Assembly (NCBI GenBank): GCA_965223795.1
Contig: CBDCXL010000002.1
Location: 1,152,001 to 1,216,000, forward strand
From: Nitrospinales bacterium
GTDB lineage: Bacteria > Nitrospinota > Nitrospinia > Nitrospinales > VA-1
DNA length: 64,000 nucleotides
Direction of reading: 5' to 3'
The notes under the pieces are model-generated. The model worked only from the letters and a program-made list of their open reading frames with translations, made no database searches and was not told the origin of the DNA. Each line of letters opens with the position of its first letter. The stretch's first letter is position 1. Made by a program: the position numbers and the translations under genes. Shown in pieces: positions 22,199-31,727 of this stretch.

Positions 22199-22969
22199 AT
22201 GCGTGAAAAAAAACCGAATCTGATCTTCGGCATCCATCCGGTCACGAAAGCGCTCAACAACAGGCAGCGGGAATGCTACAAACTCGTTGTCAAAGAAGGC
22301 GCTGCCAAATCCAGAATCGGCGCGGTGTTGCCCCTGGCGAAAGCCAGGCGGGTGAAGGTGGAAACGCTGCCGGCAGCGGCGTTCAACGAGAAATACCGCG
22401 GCCATGTCCATCAAAATATTATAGGCTATTTTTCGGCAAAAAAATCGCTGGATCTGGAGGACCTGATCGCTCAGGCGCTGGAGCACGACCCGGCGCCGAC
22501 CCTGGTGTTGCTGGATGAAATCCAGGACCCGCAGAACCTCGGGGCGATTCTTCGCTCCGCCGAAGCACTGGGTATTCAAGGCATCGTCCTGCCCAGGCGG
22601 CGCAGCGCGCCGCTCAGCGAGGCGGCCGCGAAGAGCTCCGCCGGGGCGATCGAGCACCTGGACTGCGCCACCGTGTCCAGCCTGAGCCTTGCGGTGGATC
22701 TATTGAAAAAAGCCGGGTTCTGGATCGTGGCGGTGGATGCGGCGGGCGGGACGCCCTGTCACGCATTTTCTTTCGACATGCCGCACGCCCTGATCATAGG
22801 CGGGGAAGCCAAGGGGATCCGCCCGCTGCTCCGGAAAAAATGCGATTTTCACGTATCCATCCCGATGACGGGAGCCACGGAAGCGTTGAACGCATCCGCG
22901 GCGGCGGCGGTGATCTTCTATGAAATCCTGCGGCAAAAAAAATCCAGCGGACCCGCTCTGTCCAAATAG
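22199..22969 (+). CDS. rlmB: 23S rRNA (G2251) 2'-O-methyltransferase RlmB (SPOUT)
   Basis: IFGIHPV, LDEIQDPQNLGAILRSA, IGGEAKG, IPMTG..ALNASAA. Confidence 0.92.
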   Translation: MREKKPNLIFGIHPVTKALNNRQRECYKLVVKEGAAKSRIGAVLPLAKARRVKVETLPAAAFNEKYRGHVHQNIIGYFSAKKSLDLEDLIAQALEHDPAPTLVLLDEIQDPQNLGAILRSAEALGIQGIVLPRRRSAPLSEAAAKSSAGAIEHLDCATVSSLSLAVDLLKKAGFWIVAVDAAGGTPCHAFSFDMPHALIIGGEAKGIRPLLRKKCDFHVSIPMTGATEALNASAAAAVIFYEILRQKKSSGPALSK

Positions 22970-23040
22970 GAAATGGCTTAAGGGCAATGAGCGCGCTTTG
23001 TCTGGCCGGGGCCGCCGGGGTGGCCGGCAAATGAAGCCAC

Positions 23041-23080
23041 AAAAAAAGCGGCCCAACCCTGAGGCTGGAACGCCGCTTTT
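23041..23080. terminator. Intrinsic terminator between convergent rlmB and rpsU
   Basis: AAAAAAAGCGGC...GCCGCTTTT inverted repeat; long U-tract on the minus strand. Confidence 0.65.
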
Positions 23081-23104
23081 CGCACTGCTGAACTGCCGCA
23101 CCGG

Positions 23105-23305
23105 TTACATCGAGAACGAACGCCTTCGCCTCATGGCGGCTTTTCTTTTCTTTTTCGCTTCTTTCTGCTTGCGCTTTTTCTTCACGGAAGGCTTTTCATA
23201 AAACCTTCTGCGTTTGAGCTCTTTGAGCAGCCCTTCTTTCGTCATCTGCCGCTTGAGCACTTTCAACGCTTTTTCAACCTGATTCTGGTATACGGTTACT
23301 TCCAA
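23105..23305 (-). CDS. rpsU: 30S ribosomal protein S21
   Basis: EKALKVLKR...ELKRRRFYEKPSVKKKRK; TTG start with GGAGGTG RBS. Confidence 0.95.
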   Translation of the reverse strand: MEVTVYQNQVEKALKVLKRQMTKEGLLKELKRRRFYEKPSVKKKRKQKEAKKKRKAAMRRRRSFSM

Positions 23306-23595
23306 TAAGGATTACACCTCCCTCTGTCGTGGAATGAAAAATAACCCGAAATTCAATGATTTTGGTATCCATGCCGGTCTGAGACAATCCTGCACGGATG
23401 GACCCGCGCTCTTCAATGACCGGTTTCGCCTGAAAACAAGAAACAGTAAATAGGAAATTATGGCGGCAATCGGGAAGGAAGTCAATACTTTAATATGGAA
23501 AGGCCGTTGTTTTTTCGGGTCAAGGCCGCTCAGGACGATTTGGTTTGCGTTTGCGTTTCCTGTATATTTGAGGAAAATCCCACTTTAACCCGTGT

Positions 23596-24828
23596 GTGAA
23601 CCTCATGAACCGATCCCCTGTCCTGCTCTCGATCAAGATCATCGTCGCGACGCTTTTTCTGTTCTGGATCCTTTCCGTGGCCCAGAAAGGCAGCGCGGAA
23701 GACTTCGCCGTGCCCAATCAGGGTTCGCCTTACATCGACCTCAAGCAGGTGGAAACCGGGCAGATCGTTCATGTTCCCACAGGGGTGCGGGTGACGAAAG
23801 AACAGATGATCGAGACCCTCGCGGGCGCGCGCGTCGTCTACATCGGCGAGACGCACGACAATCTGGAGGCGCACCGGGTGCAGCTGGAAGTCATCCGCGC
23901 CCTGGCCGAGATGGGTCCGGTGGCCGTGGGCATGGAGATGTTCCGCGTCTCCGCCCAGGAGGAACTGGACCGCTGGCGCAACGGCGGACTGAGCGACTTG
24001 GAGTTCAAAAAGCTGTTCGCCAAAAACTGGGGCCCCGGTTACCGCTTGTACCAGCCGATTTTCGATTACCTGAAAGAAAAGTCGATCCCGCTTTTGGGCC
24101 TGAAATCGTCGCGGGCCATGGAGGATGCGCTGCGCGGCAAGGGCAACGCCTCGCGGCCGCTGCCCGAGCTCGATTCAACCGACACCTATCACAACGCCTA
24201 TTCGATGTCGATTTTCGGCGGCCACGGCGACCATGCGCAGGCCCTCAGCAAGCCCTATCAGATGCTGCTGTTGTGGGAAGAGACCATGGCGGAAACGGTG
24301 GCGGCGTTCGTGCGCAACCCGGAACACAAGCACCGCAAGCTGGTGGTGCTGGCGGGCGGCTTCCACGTGCAGTACGGTTTCGGCGTTCCCAAGCGGGCGT
24401 TCCGCCGGGCTCCGCACGCCTATTCCATCGTGCTGCCGACGGTGACCCACATGCCGGCGGAACTGAAAGACCGGGAGATGAAGGTCGAGCACGTTTCCAT
24501 CCCGCTATACATGGCGGATTTCGCCTGGAAGCTCGATTACAGGGTGCTGCCGGAGAACAAGATCAAGCTGGGTGTGCAGCTCAAGGAGGAAGCCGCGGGG
24601 GTGAGCGTGACCTGGGTCAGCGATCTTTCCAACGCCCGCAGGGCGGGCATCCAGGTCGGCGATGTGCTGACCGCCATGAACGGGCAAGCCATCGGCGGCG
24701 TGCACGATCTGGTGGAACGGCTGCAGACGTTCCGCCTGGGCGACAAGACGGTGTTCTCGCTCACGCGGGAAGGAAAAGACATGGAGGTGGAAGTGCACCT
24801 CAAGGAATCGCCGCCGCACAAACCCTGA
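23596..24828 (+). CDS. ChaN-family (haem/iron-uptake-like) protein with C-terminal PDZ domain
   Basis: VVYIGETHDN, VGMEMF, WEETMA, LAGGFHVQYGFGVP; PDZ (RAGIQVGDVLTAMNG). Confidence 0.85.
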   Translation: MNLMNRSPVLLSIKIIVATLFLFWILSVAQKGSAEDFAVPNQGSPYIDLKQVETGQIVHVPTGVRVTKEQMIETLAGARVVYIGETHDNLEAHRVQLEVIRALAEMGPVAVGMEMFRVSAQEELDRWRNGGLSDLEFKKLFAKNWGPGYRLYQPIFDYLKEKSIPLLGLKSSRAMEDALRGKGNASRPLPELDSTDTYHNAYSMSIFGGHGDHAQALSKPYQMLLLWEETMAETVAAFVRNPEHKHRKLVVLAGGFHVQYGFGVPKRAFRRAPHAYSIVLPTVTHMPAELKDREMKVEHVSIPLYMADFAWKLDYRVLPENKIKLGVQLKEEAAGVSVTWVSDLSNARRAGIQVGDVLTAMNGQAIGGVHDLVERLQTFRLGDKTVFSLTREGKDMEVEVHLKESPPHKP

Positions 24829-24881
24829 CCGAAGCGGTCTTCCCGAAACCGGCGCGGATGCCCATACGGGCAGATTTCAAG

Positions 24882-25655
24882 TCAGACCGCGGCGGGGGTT
24901 TTCAAGGAATCGATCAGCGACTGCATGTCGTTGTCGCCGGTGAGCTTGAGAAAGATCTCTTCCAGATCGCCGTGATCGTTTTCCGCCTTGCGGCGCATCT
25001 CATCGAGCGTGCCGCAGGCGATCACCCTGCCTTTTTGAATGATCCCCACCCGATGGCACATCGCTTCGGCGATCCCCAGTGAATGGGTCGACATGAACAC
25101 GGTGGTGTTCTCCTCGCGGCACAGATCCTGAAACAGGTTCTTCACCTGACGGGCGCCCCTGGGGTCGAGCCCGACCATGGGTTCGTCCACCACGACCACT
25201 TTGGGGTTGGGGATCAGCGCGCCGGAGATGATGAGCTTCTGCTTCATGCCGTGGGAAAATCCTTCGATCATTTCGCCGCCGACATCCGCGAGATCGAAAA
25301 ACTCGAGGAACTTGCGTGCCCGGTCCTGGGCGGTGCGCCGCTCCATGCCGTGCAGGTCCGCCACGAACTCCAGGTACTCCAGTCCGGTGAGCTTTTCATA
25401 GATGTAGGGCCGGTCGGGAATGTAGCCGATCATCGATTTCGCCCGCACCGGATTTTCGCGGATGTCGATGCCGCCGATCACGATGGAACCGCTGGTGGGC
25501 TTGAGCAGTCCCAACAGCATTTTGATGGTGGTGGTCTTTCCCGCCCCGTTGGGGCCGAGAAATCCGAACAGCTCGCCTGGGGGAATGTTCAGGTTCAGGC
25601 GGTCCACCGCAACCACCGAGGCGTATTTTTTCACCAGATCCTTGATTTCGATCAC
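24882..25655 (-). CDS. ABC transporter ATP-binding protein
   Basis: GPNGAGKTT, FSHGMKQ, VVVDEPMVGLDP, STH. Confidence 0.93.
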   Translation of the reverse strand: MIEIKDLVKKYASVVAVDRLNLNIPPGELFGFLGPNGAGKTTTIKMLLGLLKPTSGSIVIGGIDIRENPVRAKSMIGYIPDRPYIYEKLTGLEYLEFVADLHGMERRTAQDRARKFLEFFDLADVGGEMIEGFSHGMKQKLIISGALIPNPKVVVVDEPMVGLDPRGARQVKNLFQDLCREENTTVFMSTHSLGIAEAMCHRVGIIQKGRVIACGTLDEMRRKAENDHGDLEEIFLKLTGDNDMQSLIDSLKTPAAV

Positions 25656-25675
25656 GACGCGCTCCCTCCTCCTGT

Positions 25676-25948
25676 TTAACGAATTTCAAACGAATCCATG
25701 CCTTCCGGCGCGGTCTCCGCCGTATCGAGCGTGTCCACCCGGGCAGCCGGCGGCCCTTCCCGGCACCAATCCGTGAACCGGTTCAACGCCTGACGGCTGC
25801 CTTCGGCGTGGATTTCGACGGCGCCGTCGGGATTGTTTTTCACCCAGCCGGTGAGCTTGAGTTCGCGGGCTTTTGCCTGTGCGCTGGCGCGGTACCAGAC
25901 TCCCTGGACGCGGCCGCGCACGACGATATGAACCGCGTTTGTTTCCAT
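25676..25948 (-). CDS. acyP: Acylphosphatase
   Basis: VRGRVQGVWYR, LTGWVKNNPDGAVE, GPPAARV. Confidence 0.95.
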   Translation of the reverse strand: METNAVHIVVRGRVQGVWYRASAQAKARELKLTGWVKNNPDGAVEIHAEGSRQALNRFTDWCREGPPAARVDTLDTAETAPEGMDSFEIR

Positions 25949-25950
25949 GG

Positions 25951-26199
25951 TCAACGCTTGCGGTTCGCTTCCTCGAACAGGTGCTGAACCTCGCGGTACA
26001 CCTCGAATTTGGAACCGTCGCCGATCTTGGCGCCGAACTTTCCCAGATCCCGCATGATGCGCTGGAACTCGGAGGTGCTGCCGGAAAAATTCTCGATCAG
26101 AGGCCTGAAATAGGCCTGCTCGTCCTCGTCGAGCCGGTCGCAGATGACCCGCAGTCGATTTTTCAGGGGTTCGAAATCTTTCTCCATAGGTCTTTCCAT
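25951..26199 (-). CDS. Hypothetical protein
   Basis: 82-aa helical ORF immediately upstream of acyP. Confidence 0.6.
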   Translation of the reverse strand: MERPMEKDFEPLKNRLRVICDRLDEDEQAYFRPLIENFSGSTSEFQRIMRDLGKFGAKIGDGSKFEVYREVQHLFEEANRKR

Positions 26200-26502
26200 C
26201 TTAACGGCGGCCTGCCGTGTTTGCAAGCCACAAGCCCGTTCCGCCACCGCCGGGCTCAAAATAAACGCCTGTTTATCAACCCATTTACTCCCATTCCCGG
26301 TCCTGGTTCAAGACCGGTGGAAAACGGGCGAGGGCTTTTTTTACAATAATTTATCATTATCCGGAAAGTTCATGTTAAGATTAGTACTCAACCATTTGAA
26401 ACTAAATGATTTAATTAAAATCGCCCCCTCGACACGCGGAGATGTGCGGCTGCCCCCTGGGGCGCACTTTGAACGCCTGTTTGGGCACTTATACGACTGA
26501 CG

Positions 26503-28944
26503 ATGTTTGCTGCTTCTCCGGAAAATGCGCTTCAAGGACTCCAGGACCCCTGGGTGATCTTTCTATCCTATCTCGTGGCCGTGCTGGCAGCTTTTACGGC
26601 ATTGAATCTTACGGGCCGTATCCGGGAAACGTCCGGGTGGATGAAGTGGTGCTGGATCACCGGCGGTGCGCTGTCTTTGAGCTGGGGAGCCGGGTCCACG
26701 CATTTCATCGGCATGCTGGCTTTCCGGCTGCCCCTGGAAGTGCGTTACGACGGGTGGATCGTTTTTTTCTCCTATGCCGTTGTCTCCTTCCCATCGGCCT
26801 GCGCTTTCGCCGTCTTCAACGCCGCCCTAAACCAGAAACTCCGAATCGGCTGCGGCAGTCTGCTTTTAGGCTGCGGGATCGCCGCGATGCATTATCTGGG
26901 CATGGCCGCCATGCAGATGGATGCCCACATTCAATACAATCCTTCACTGGTCCTGGTTTCCATTCTCATCGCCATCGCCACATCGGGCGTTGCTTTGTGG
27001 CTGTTCGACCATTTCAACGATCAAAAAAGACAGGCCACATATCCGCTGCGTTTGTGCGCAGCCGCAATCATGGGTGCGGCGGTGTTGGGCATGCACTCCA
27101 CCGGCATGAAGGCGGCGGAATTCATTCCAACCGCAACGGTGCTGCCGGTTCCGCTGGAAACGCTGGATGCCAATATTTACGCCCTCATCATCTCGCTGGG
27201 AACGATTCTGTTGTTCACGGTGAGCTTTTTTATTTCTTACTTCAACTTACAATCGGCGCAGTCCGGAAAGAGCGAGAGCGAGCTGGAACGATCCGTTCAC
27301 AAACAGGAAGCGCTTTTGAAAGACGCGCAGGAGCTGTATGCCAAGGGGAATCTGGAACGCCGCAAGATCGAATGGTCGCTGAAAGACACCCAGAGCCGGG
27401 TGCAGTTCATCATGGACAACGTGGTGGAAGGCGTCATCACCATCGACGAGGACAGCCGCATCGAATCCTACAACCCGGCAGTGGGAAAAATATTCGGCTA
27501 CGATTCCTTCGAGCTTCTGGGTCAACAAATCACCCAGCTCATGCCCGAGTCGTACCGCGATGCGCATTGCAATGGCGTGCAGCGATATCTGAAAACCGGA
27601 AACGCCAAAATCCTCGGCGGCAGTGTGGAGGTGGAGGGACTGAAAAAGGACGGCACTGTGTTTCCGCTGGAGATTTCCCTGAGCGAGATCGACCAAAAAG
27701 AGCGCGCCCTGTTCATCGCGACGATGCGGGATATCACCGATCGCAAAAAGGCGGAGAATCTTCTGATCCGCGACAAGGAAGTCGCTGAAGCAGCCAACCA
27801 TGCGAAATCAGAATTTCTGTCGCGCATGAGCCATGAGCTGCGCACACCGATGAACGCCATCCTCGGGTTCGGTCAGCTCATGGAACTGGACGCGGACGAT
27901 CCTTTGTCGGAAAACCATCAAGAACGGCTCAATGAAATCCTGAAAGCCGGCAACCACCTGCTCGAACTCATCAACGAAGTGCTCGACCTTTCCCGCATCG
28001 AAGCCGGAAAGCTCACTCTCTCCATCGAGGATGTCGACGTCAGGGAAGTGCTCGAGGAAACGCTCACACTCATCCTGCCGATGGCGGAGAAAAAAGGCAT
28101 TTCCGTCAAAAACAGCATCGAGAACAGAACCTTTGTCCGCGCAGACCGCACCAAGTTCAAGCAGGTGATGTTGAATCTGCTTTCCAACGCGGTCAAATAC
28201 AACATCGAGAACGGAAGCGTGATTCTCAGCATCGATGAAACCGGCGACGGGCGCGTCCGCATCGGGGTGAAAGACACGGGCAGCGGATTGACCGAGAAAC
28301 AGCAGGACACCATTTTCGAGCCGTTCAACCGGCTCGATGCCGATCAATCCGAAATCGAGGGCACCGGCATCGGTCTCACCATCACCCGGCGCCTGATGGA
28401 CCTCATGGACGGAGCCATCGACATCTCCAGCACTCCAGGAAAAGGCAGCACCTTCACACTGGAATTTAAAAAGGGAGAAGAAACCTTCCTTCCGCAAAGC
28501 GTGACCGAGAGCGGTGCCGACATTACGGAAACGGATGCACATTTAAAAAAATACAAGGTGCTGTATGTGGAGGACAACCCGGCCAACCTGACACTGGTCG
28601 AGCAGTTGTTGAAACCACAAAAGAACATCGAGCTGCTCAAGGCGCCCCAAGCGCAGATCGGCATCGATCTGGCCCGCGCGCATCGGCCCGACCTCATCCT
28701 CATGGACATCAACCTGCCGGAGATGGACGGAATCGAGGCCTTCCAACGACTTCAGTCCCATGAAGAAACGCGCAACATCCCCGTCATCGCGGTCAGCGCC
28801 AATGCCATGGAATCCGATATCAAAAAAGCCCTCAACGCGGGCTTTTCTTCGTACATCACAAAACCGTTCGATCTCAAAAATTTTGTCGATGAAGTCAATG
28901 CAATATTAAAAACCGGTACTCCGACCGGTCAGAATTTCTCATGA
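26503..28944 (+). CDS. Hybrid sensor histidine kinase MHYT-PAS-HisKA-HATPase-REC
   Basis: THFIGM/MHYLGM/MHSTGM motifs in TM region; PAS (KKDGTVFPLEIS); FLSRMSHELRTPMNAI; N/G boxes; LILMDINLP REC. Confidence 0.93.
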   Translation: MFAASPENALQGLQDPWVIFLSYLVAVLAAFTALNLTGRIRETSGWMKWCWITGGALSLSWGAGSTHFIGMLAFRLPLEVRYDGWIVFFSYAVVSFPSACAFAVFNAALNQKLRIGCGSLLLGCGIAAMHYLGMAAMQMDAHIQYNPSLVLVSILIAIATSGVALWLFDHFNDQKRQATYPLRLCAAAIMGAAVLGMHSTGMKAAEFIPTATVLPVPLETLDANIYALIISLGTILLFTVSFFISYFNLQSAQSGKSESELERSVHKQEALLKDAQELYAKGNLERRKIEWSLKDTQSRVQFIMDNVVEGVITIDEDSRIESYNPAVGKIFGYDSFELLGQQITQLMPESYRDAHCNGVQRYLKTGNAKILGGSVEVEGLKKDGTVFPLEISLSEIDQKERALFIATMRDITDRKKAENLLIRDKEVAEAANHAKSEFLSRMSHELRTPMNAILGFGQLMELDADDPLSENHQERLNEILKAGNHLLELINEVLDLSRIEAGKLTLSIEDVDVREVLEETLTLILPMAEKKGISVKNSIENRTFVRADRTKFKQVMLNLLSNAVKYNIENGSVILSIDETGDGRVRIGVKDTGSGLTEKQQDTIFEPFNRLDADQSEIEGTGIGLTITRRLMDLMDGAIDISSTPGKGSTFTLEFKKGEETFLPQSVTESGADITETDAHLKKYKVLYVEDNPANLTLVEQLLKPQKNIELLKAPQAQIGIDLARAHRPDLILMDINLPEMDGIEAFQRLQSHEETRNIPVIAVSANAMESDIKKALNAGFSSYITKPFDLKNFVDEVNAILKTGTPTGQNFS
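27793..28870 (+). repeat. Copy 1 of ~1.08-kb direct repeat (kinase and REC coding)
   Basis: Aligns with 32520-33597 at constant offset 4727; about 90 nt perfectly identical at 27952-28042. Confidence 0.9.
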
Positions 28945-29045
28945 TTTGAAATGCAAACTCAGACCGTAATTCGCATTCAATCTCTTTATCGATGGTGCTC
29001 AAAGGTCAAAATCAAATGTACCGGGAAAAAATAAAATCTCAAAAT

Positions 29046-31070
29046 ATGGAACGTAATGTGATGTGTAAAACGGTTTTTCTCATTCTCACTGTTTTGGCAA
29101 CCGGAATTCTTTCACCAGCCCTTTCTGTGGGAGCGTCCTCAACGGATTTGTCCCAGCTTTCGCTAGAGGAATTGATGGACGTTCGTGTCACTTCCGTTTC
29201 GAAAAAAGAGGAGAACTTTTTTGAGGCCGCTGCGGCGATCCACGTGATCACGCAGGAAGACATCCGCCGGTCTGGAGCCACGGCCATCCCTGAGCTTTTA
29301 CGGACCGTACCGGGAATGCAGGTGGCCCGGTTCGACTCCAATTCCTGGGCGGTGTCCACTCGCGGTTTCAATTTTAATTTTTCCAATAAGCTGCTCGTGC
29401 TCATCGACGGGCGTTCGATTTACACGCCGCTCTTTTCGGGCGTCAATTGGGCTGCGTACGACCTCCCGTTTGAAGATATCGAACGCATCGAAGTTATCCG
29501 CGGCCCCGGCGGCACTCTGTGGGGCGCCAATGCGGTGAACGGCGTGGTCAATATCATCACGAAACATGCACAGGACACACAGGGGGGGATCGTCAGCGGC
29601 GGCGCCGGAGATGAGGAAAACGGGTTTGCCACATTGCGCTACGGTGGCAGGATTGAAGAAAACGCCCAGTACCGTGTTTACGGGAAATATTACGACCGCG
29701 AGGAATTTTCAGGCCTGACCGGCGGCCCGGGAAACGACGATTGGCATGCCACCCGGGGAGGATTTCGCGTCGACTGGCAGGCCTCGGAAAACAACTCCTT
29801 TATGTTTACCGGAGATTATTACGAAGGCGTCAGCGAAAACCGGATCAGCAATCAGGTGGTCTCTCTCACTGCCCCCTTCACGGCGAGCTTCAACGATGCC
29901 AACGATATCGATGGCGCGCATTTCCTCACACAGTGGAAACGCAGGCTTTCATCCCAATCCAATTTCGCTCTCAAGTTTTATTACAACCGGGAACGCAGAA
30001 AGAGCCTTTTCATTCCCAAAATTCAGGAAGACACGTTCGACATCGATTTCCAGCATCATTTCGTGCTCAATGACAGAAACGAAATCGTCTGGGGCGTTGG
30101 AGAGCGGCTGGTCTTTGATTCGACTGAAGGCAATCTCGGAACGTCTTTCAGCCCCGGAAGCCAGCTCGATCAGCGTTTCAGCTTTTTCGCTCAGGATACG
30201 ATCACGCTCGTTCCACAAAAACTTCGCCTGACGGTCGGGTCCAAATTTGAAGTCAACGATCGCACCGGATTTGAAATCCAGCCCAGCGCCCGGATATTGT
30301 GGACCCCCAATAAAAAGCAGACTATTTGGGCCGCGATCTCCCGGGCGGTGCGCACTCCTTCGCGGGCGGAGGACACCATCCGGATCAACGCCACCGTGCT
30401 TGCCGGACCGACGCTCGTTTCTCAAATAGGAAGCAAGGATTTCGAGTCGGAAGACCTGCTCGCCCTGGAGCTGGGTCATCGTGTTCAACCGCGCAAGGAT
30501 GTGTTCCTCGATGTGGCGACGTTCGCGCACTTTTACGAAAATCTTCTGACACTGGAAACGGGCGCCGCTTTTCTGGAATCGCAACCGGCGCCGGCGCACT
30601 TTGTTTCCCCGCTCACAGCAAAAAACCTGGGGTCCGGACAAATTTTCGGCGTCGAATTTTTCGCACAATGGAATGCGCTCGAGTGGTGGGAACTGAAGGG
30701 TGGATTCACCGCCATGACGATCGACTTCGATTTGAATGCGGGCAGCACGGACACGATTTTGATCGGCTCGGAAACCAACAACCCGGATTTCCAATGGCAA
30801 CTGCATTCCAGGATGGACCTGCCTCACCGCCTGGAATTCGACACGGCCTTGTACTACGTGGATGATCTTGAAAACCTCAACGTGGGTGATTACACAAGGC
30901 TGGATTTGAGACTGGGCTGGCACGCCACCGATCAGCTGGAATTGAGTCTTGTGGGACAGAATCTGCTGGATCCCCAACACCCTGAATTCGGCAACCTGGT
31001 CCTTTCCACAGGCACAGCCACCCAGGTGGAGCGCTCTGTGTACGGGAAAGCAACGTGGCGTTTTGACTGA
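29046..31070 (+). CDS. TonB-dependent outer-membrane receptor
   Basis: LSLEELMDVRVTSVSK, plug LLVLIDGRS..DIERIEVIRGPGGTLWGANAVNGVVNIITK, C-terminal WRF; start uncertain (28992/29046/29061). Confidence 0.93.
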   Translation: MERNVMCKTVFLILTVLATGILSPALSVGASSTDLSQLSLEELMDVRVTSVSKKEENFFEAAAAIHVITQEDIRRSGATAIPELLRTVPGMQVARFDSNSWAVSTRGFNFNFSNKLLVLIDGRSIYTPLFSGVNWAAYDLPFEDIERIEVIRGPGGTLWGANAVNGVVNIITKHAQDTQGGIVSGGAGDEENGFATLRYGGRIEENAQYRVYGKYYDREEFSGLTGGPGNDDWHATRGGFRVDWQASENNSFMFTGDYYEGVSENRISNQVVSLTAPFTASFNDANDIDGAHFLTQWKRRLSSQSNFALKFYYNRERRKSLFIPKIQEDTFDIDFQHHFVLNDRNEIVWGVGERLVFDSTEGNLGTSFSPGSQLDQRFSFFAQDTITLVPQKLRLTVGSKFEVNDRTGFEIQPSARILWTPNKKQTIWAAISRAVRTPSRAEDTIRINATVLAGPTLVSQIGSKDFESEDLLALELGHRVQPRKDVFLDVATFAHFYENLLTLETGAAFLESQPAPAHFVSPLTAKNLGSGQIFGVEFFAQWNALEWWELKGGFTAMTIDFDLNAGSTDTILIGSETNNPDFQWQLHSRMDLPHRLEFDTALYYVDDLENLNVGDYTRLDLRLGWHATDQLELSLVGQNLLDPQHPEFGNLVLSTGTATQVERSVYGKATWRFD

Positions 31071-31153
31071 CCCGGTAGTAACGGGTGTTGAAGCAAACTT
31101 TGCAATTTTGATTTAAGAATCGACCGCCTTGCAGTTTGAGATAGAAACCGGAG

Positions 31154-31708
31154 ATGGATTTGAAACGGCTCAATAAAACAGGAATCGCTCTGCTGACCGC
31201 AATGTTTCTGCTTTGCGGACCGCTTGTGCCTTCGTTGGGAGCGGCCTCATTGGAGTATCAGGTCAAGGCGGCTTTTCTCTACAAATTCATCAAGTTCATC
31301 GAATGGCCGGCAGAAAAATTTTCCTCCGAACAGGAACCCTTGACCATTGGCGTGCTTGGAGATAGTCCGATTCTCAGCAGCCTGGAAGCTTTTTCCGGAA
31401 AGGAAGCTGGAGGACGAAAGCTGAAAATCGTCTCTTTGAGCGATGCAAATCGTCTGGGAGGCGTTCATGTCGTTTTCATCAGTCCTTCAGAAAAAAGACC
31501 ACTGCAGAAAATTTTGTCTTCACTGAAAGATAAAAGCATCTTGACGGTCAGCGAATCTCCTGATTTCGGCTCGCTGGGCGGAATGTTGAACTTCTACATC
31601 GAAAAGGAAAAAGTTCGATTTGAAATCAACCCGGAAGCCGCGCAGGCATCCGGAATCAATATCAGTTCAAAGATATTGCGGCTGGCAAAAATCGTGCACA
31701 CCCAATAA
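31154..31708 (+). CDS. YfiR-family (DUF4154) periplasmic protein
   Basis: EYQVKAAFLYKFIKFIEWP ... KVRFEINPEAA..SGINISSKILRLA. Confidence 0.9.
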   Translation: MDLKRLNKTGIALLTAMFLLCGPLVPSLGAASLEYQVKAAFLYKFIKFIEWPAEKFSSEQEPLTIGVLGDSPILSSLEAFSGKEAGGRKLKIVSLSDANRLGGVHVVFISPSEKRPLQKILSSLKDKSILTVSESPDFGSLGGMLNFYIEKEKVRFEINPEAAQASGINISSKILRLAKIVHTQ

Positions 31709-31727
31709 GGCGAAAGAGAAAAATCTC

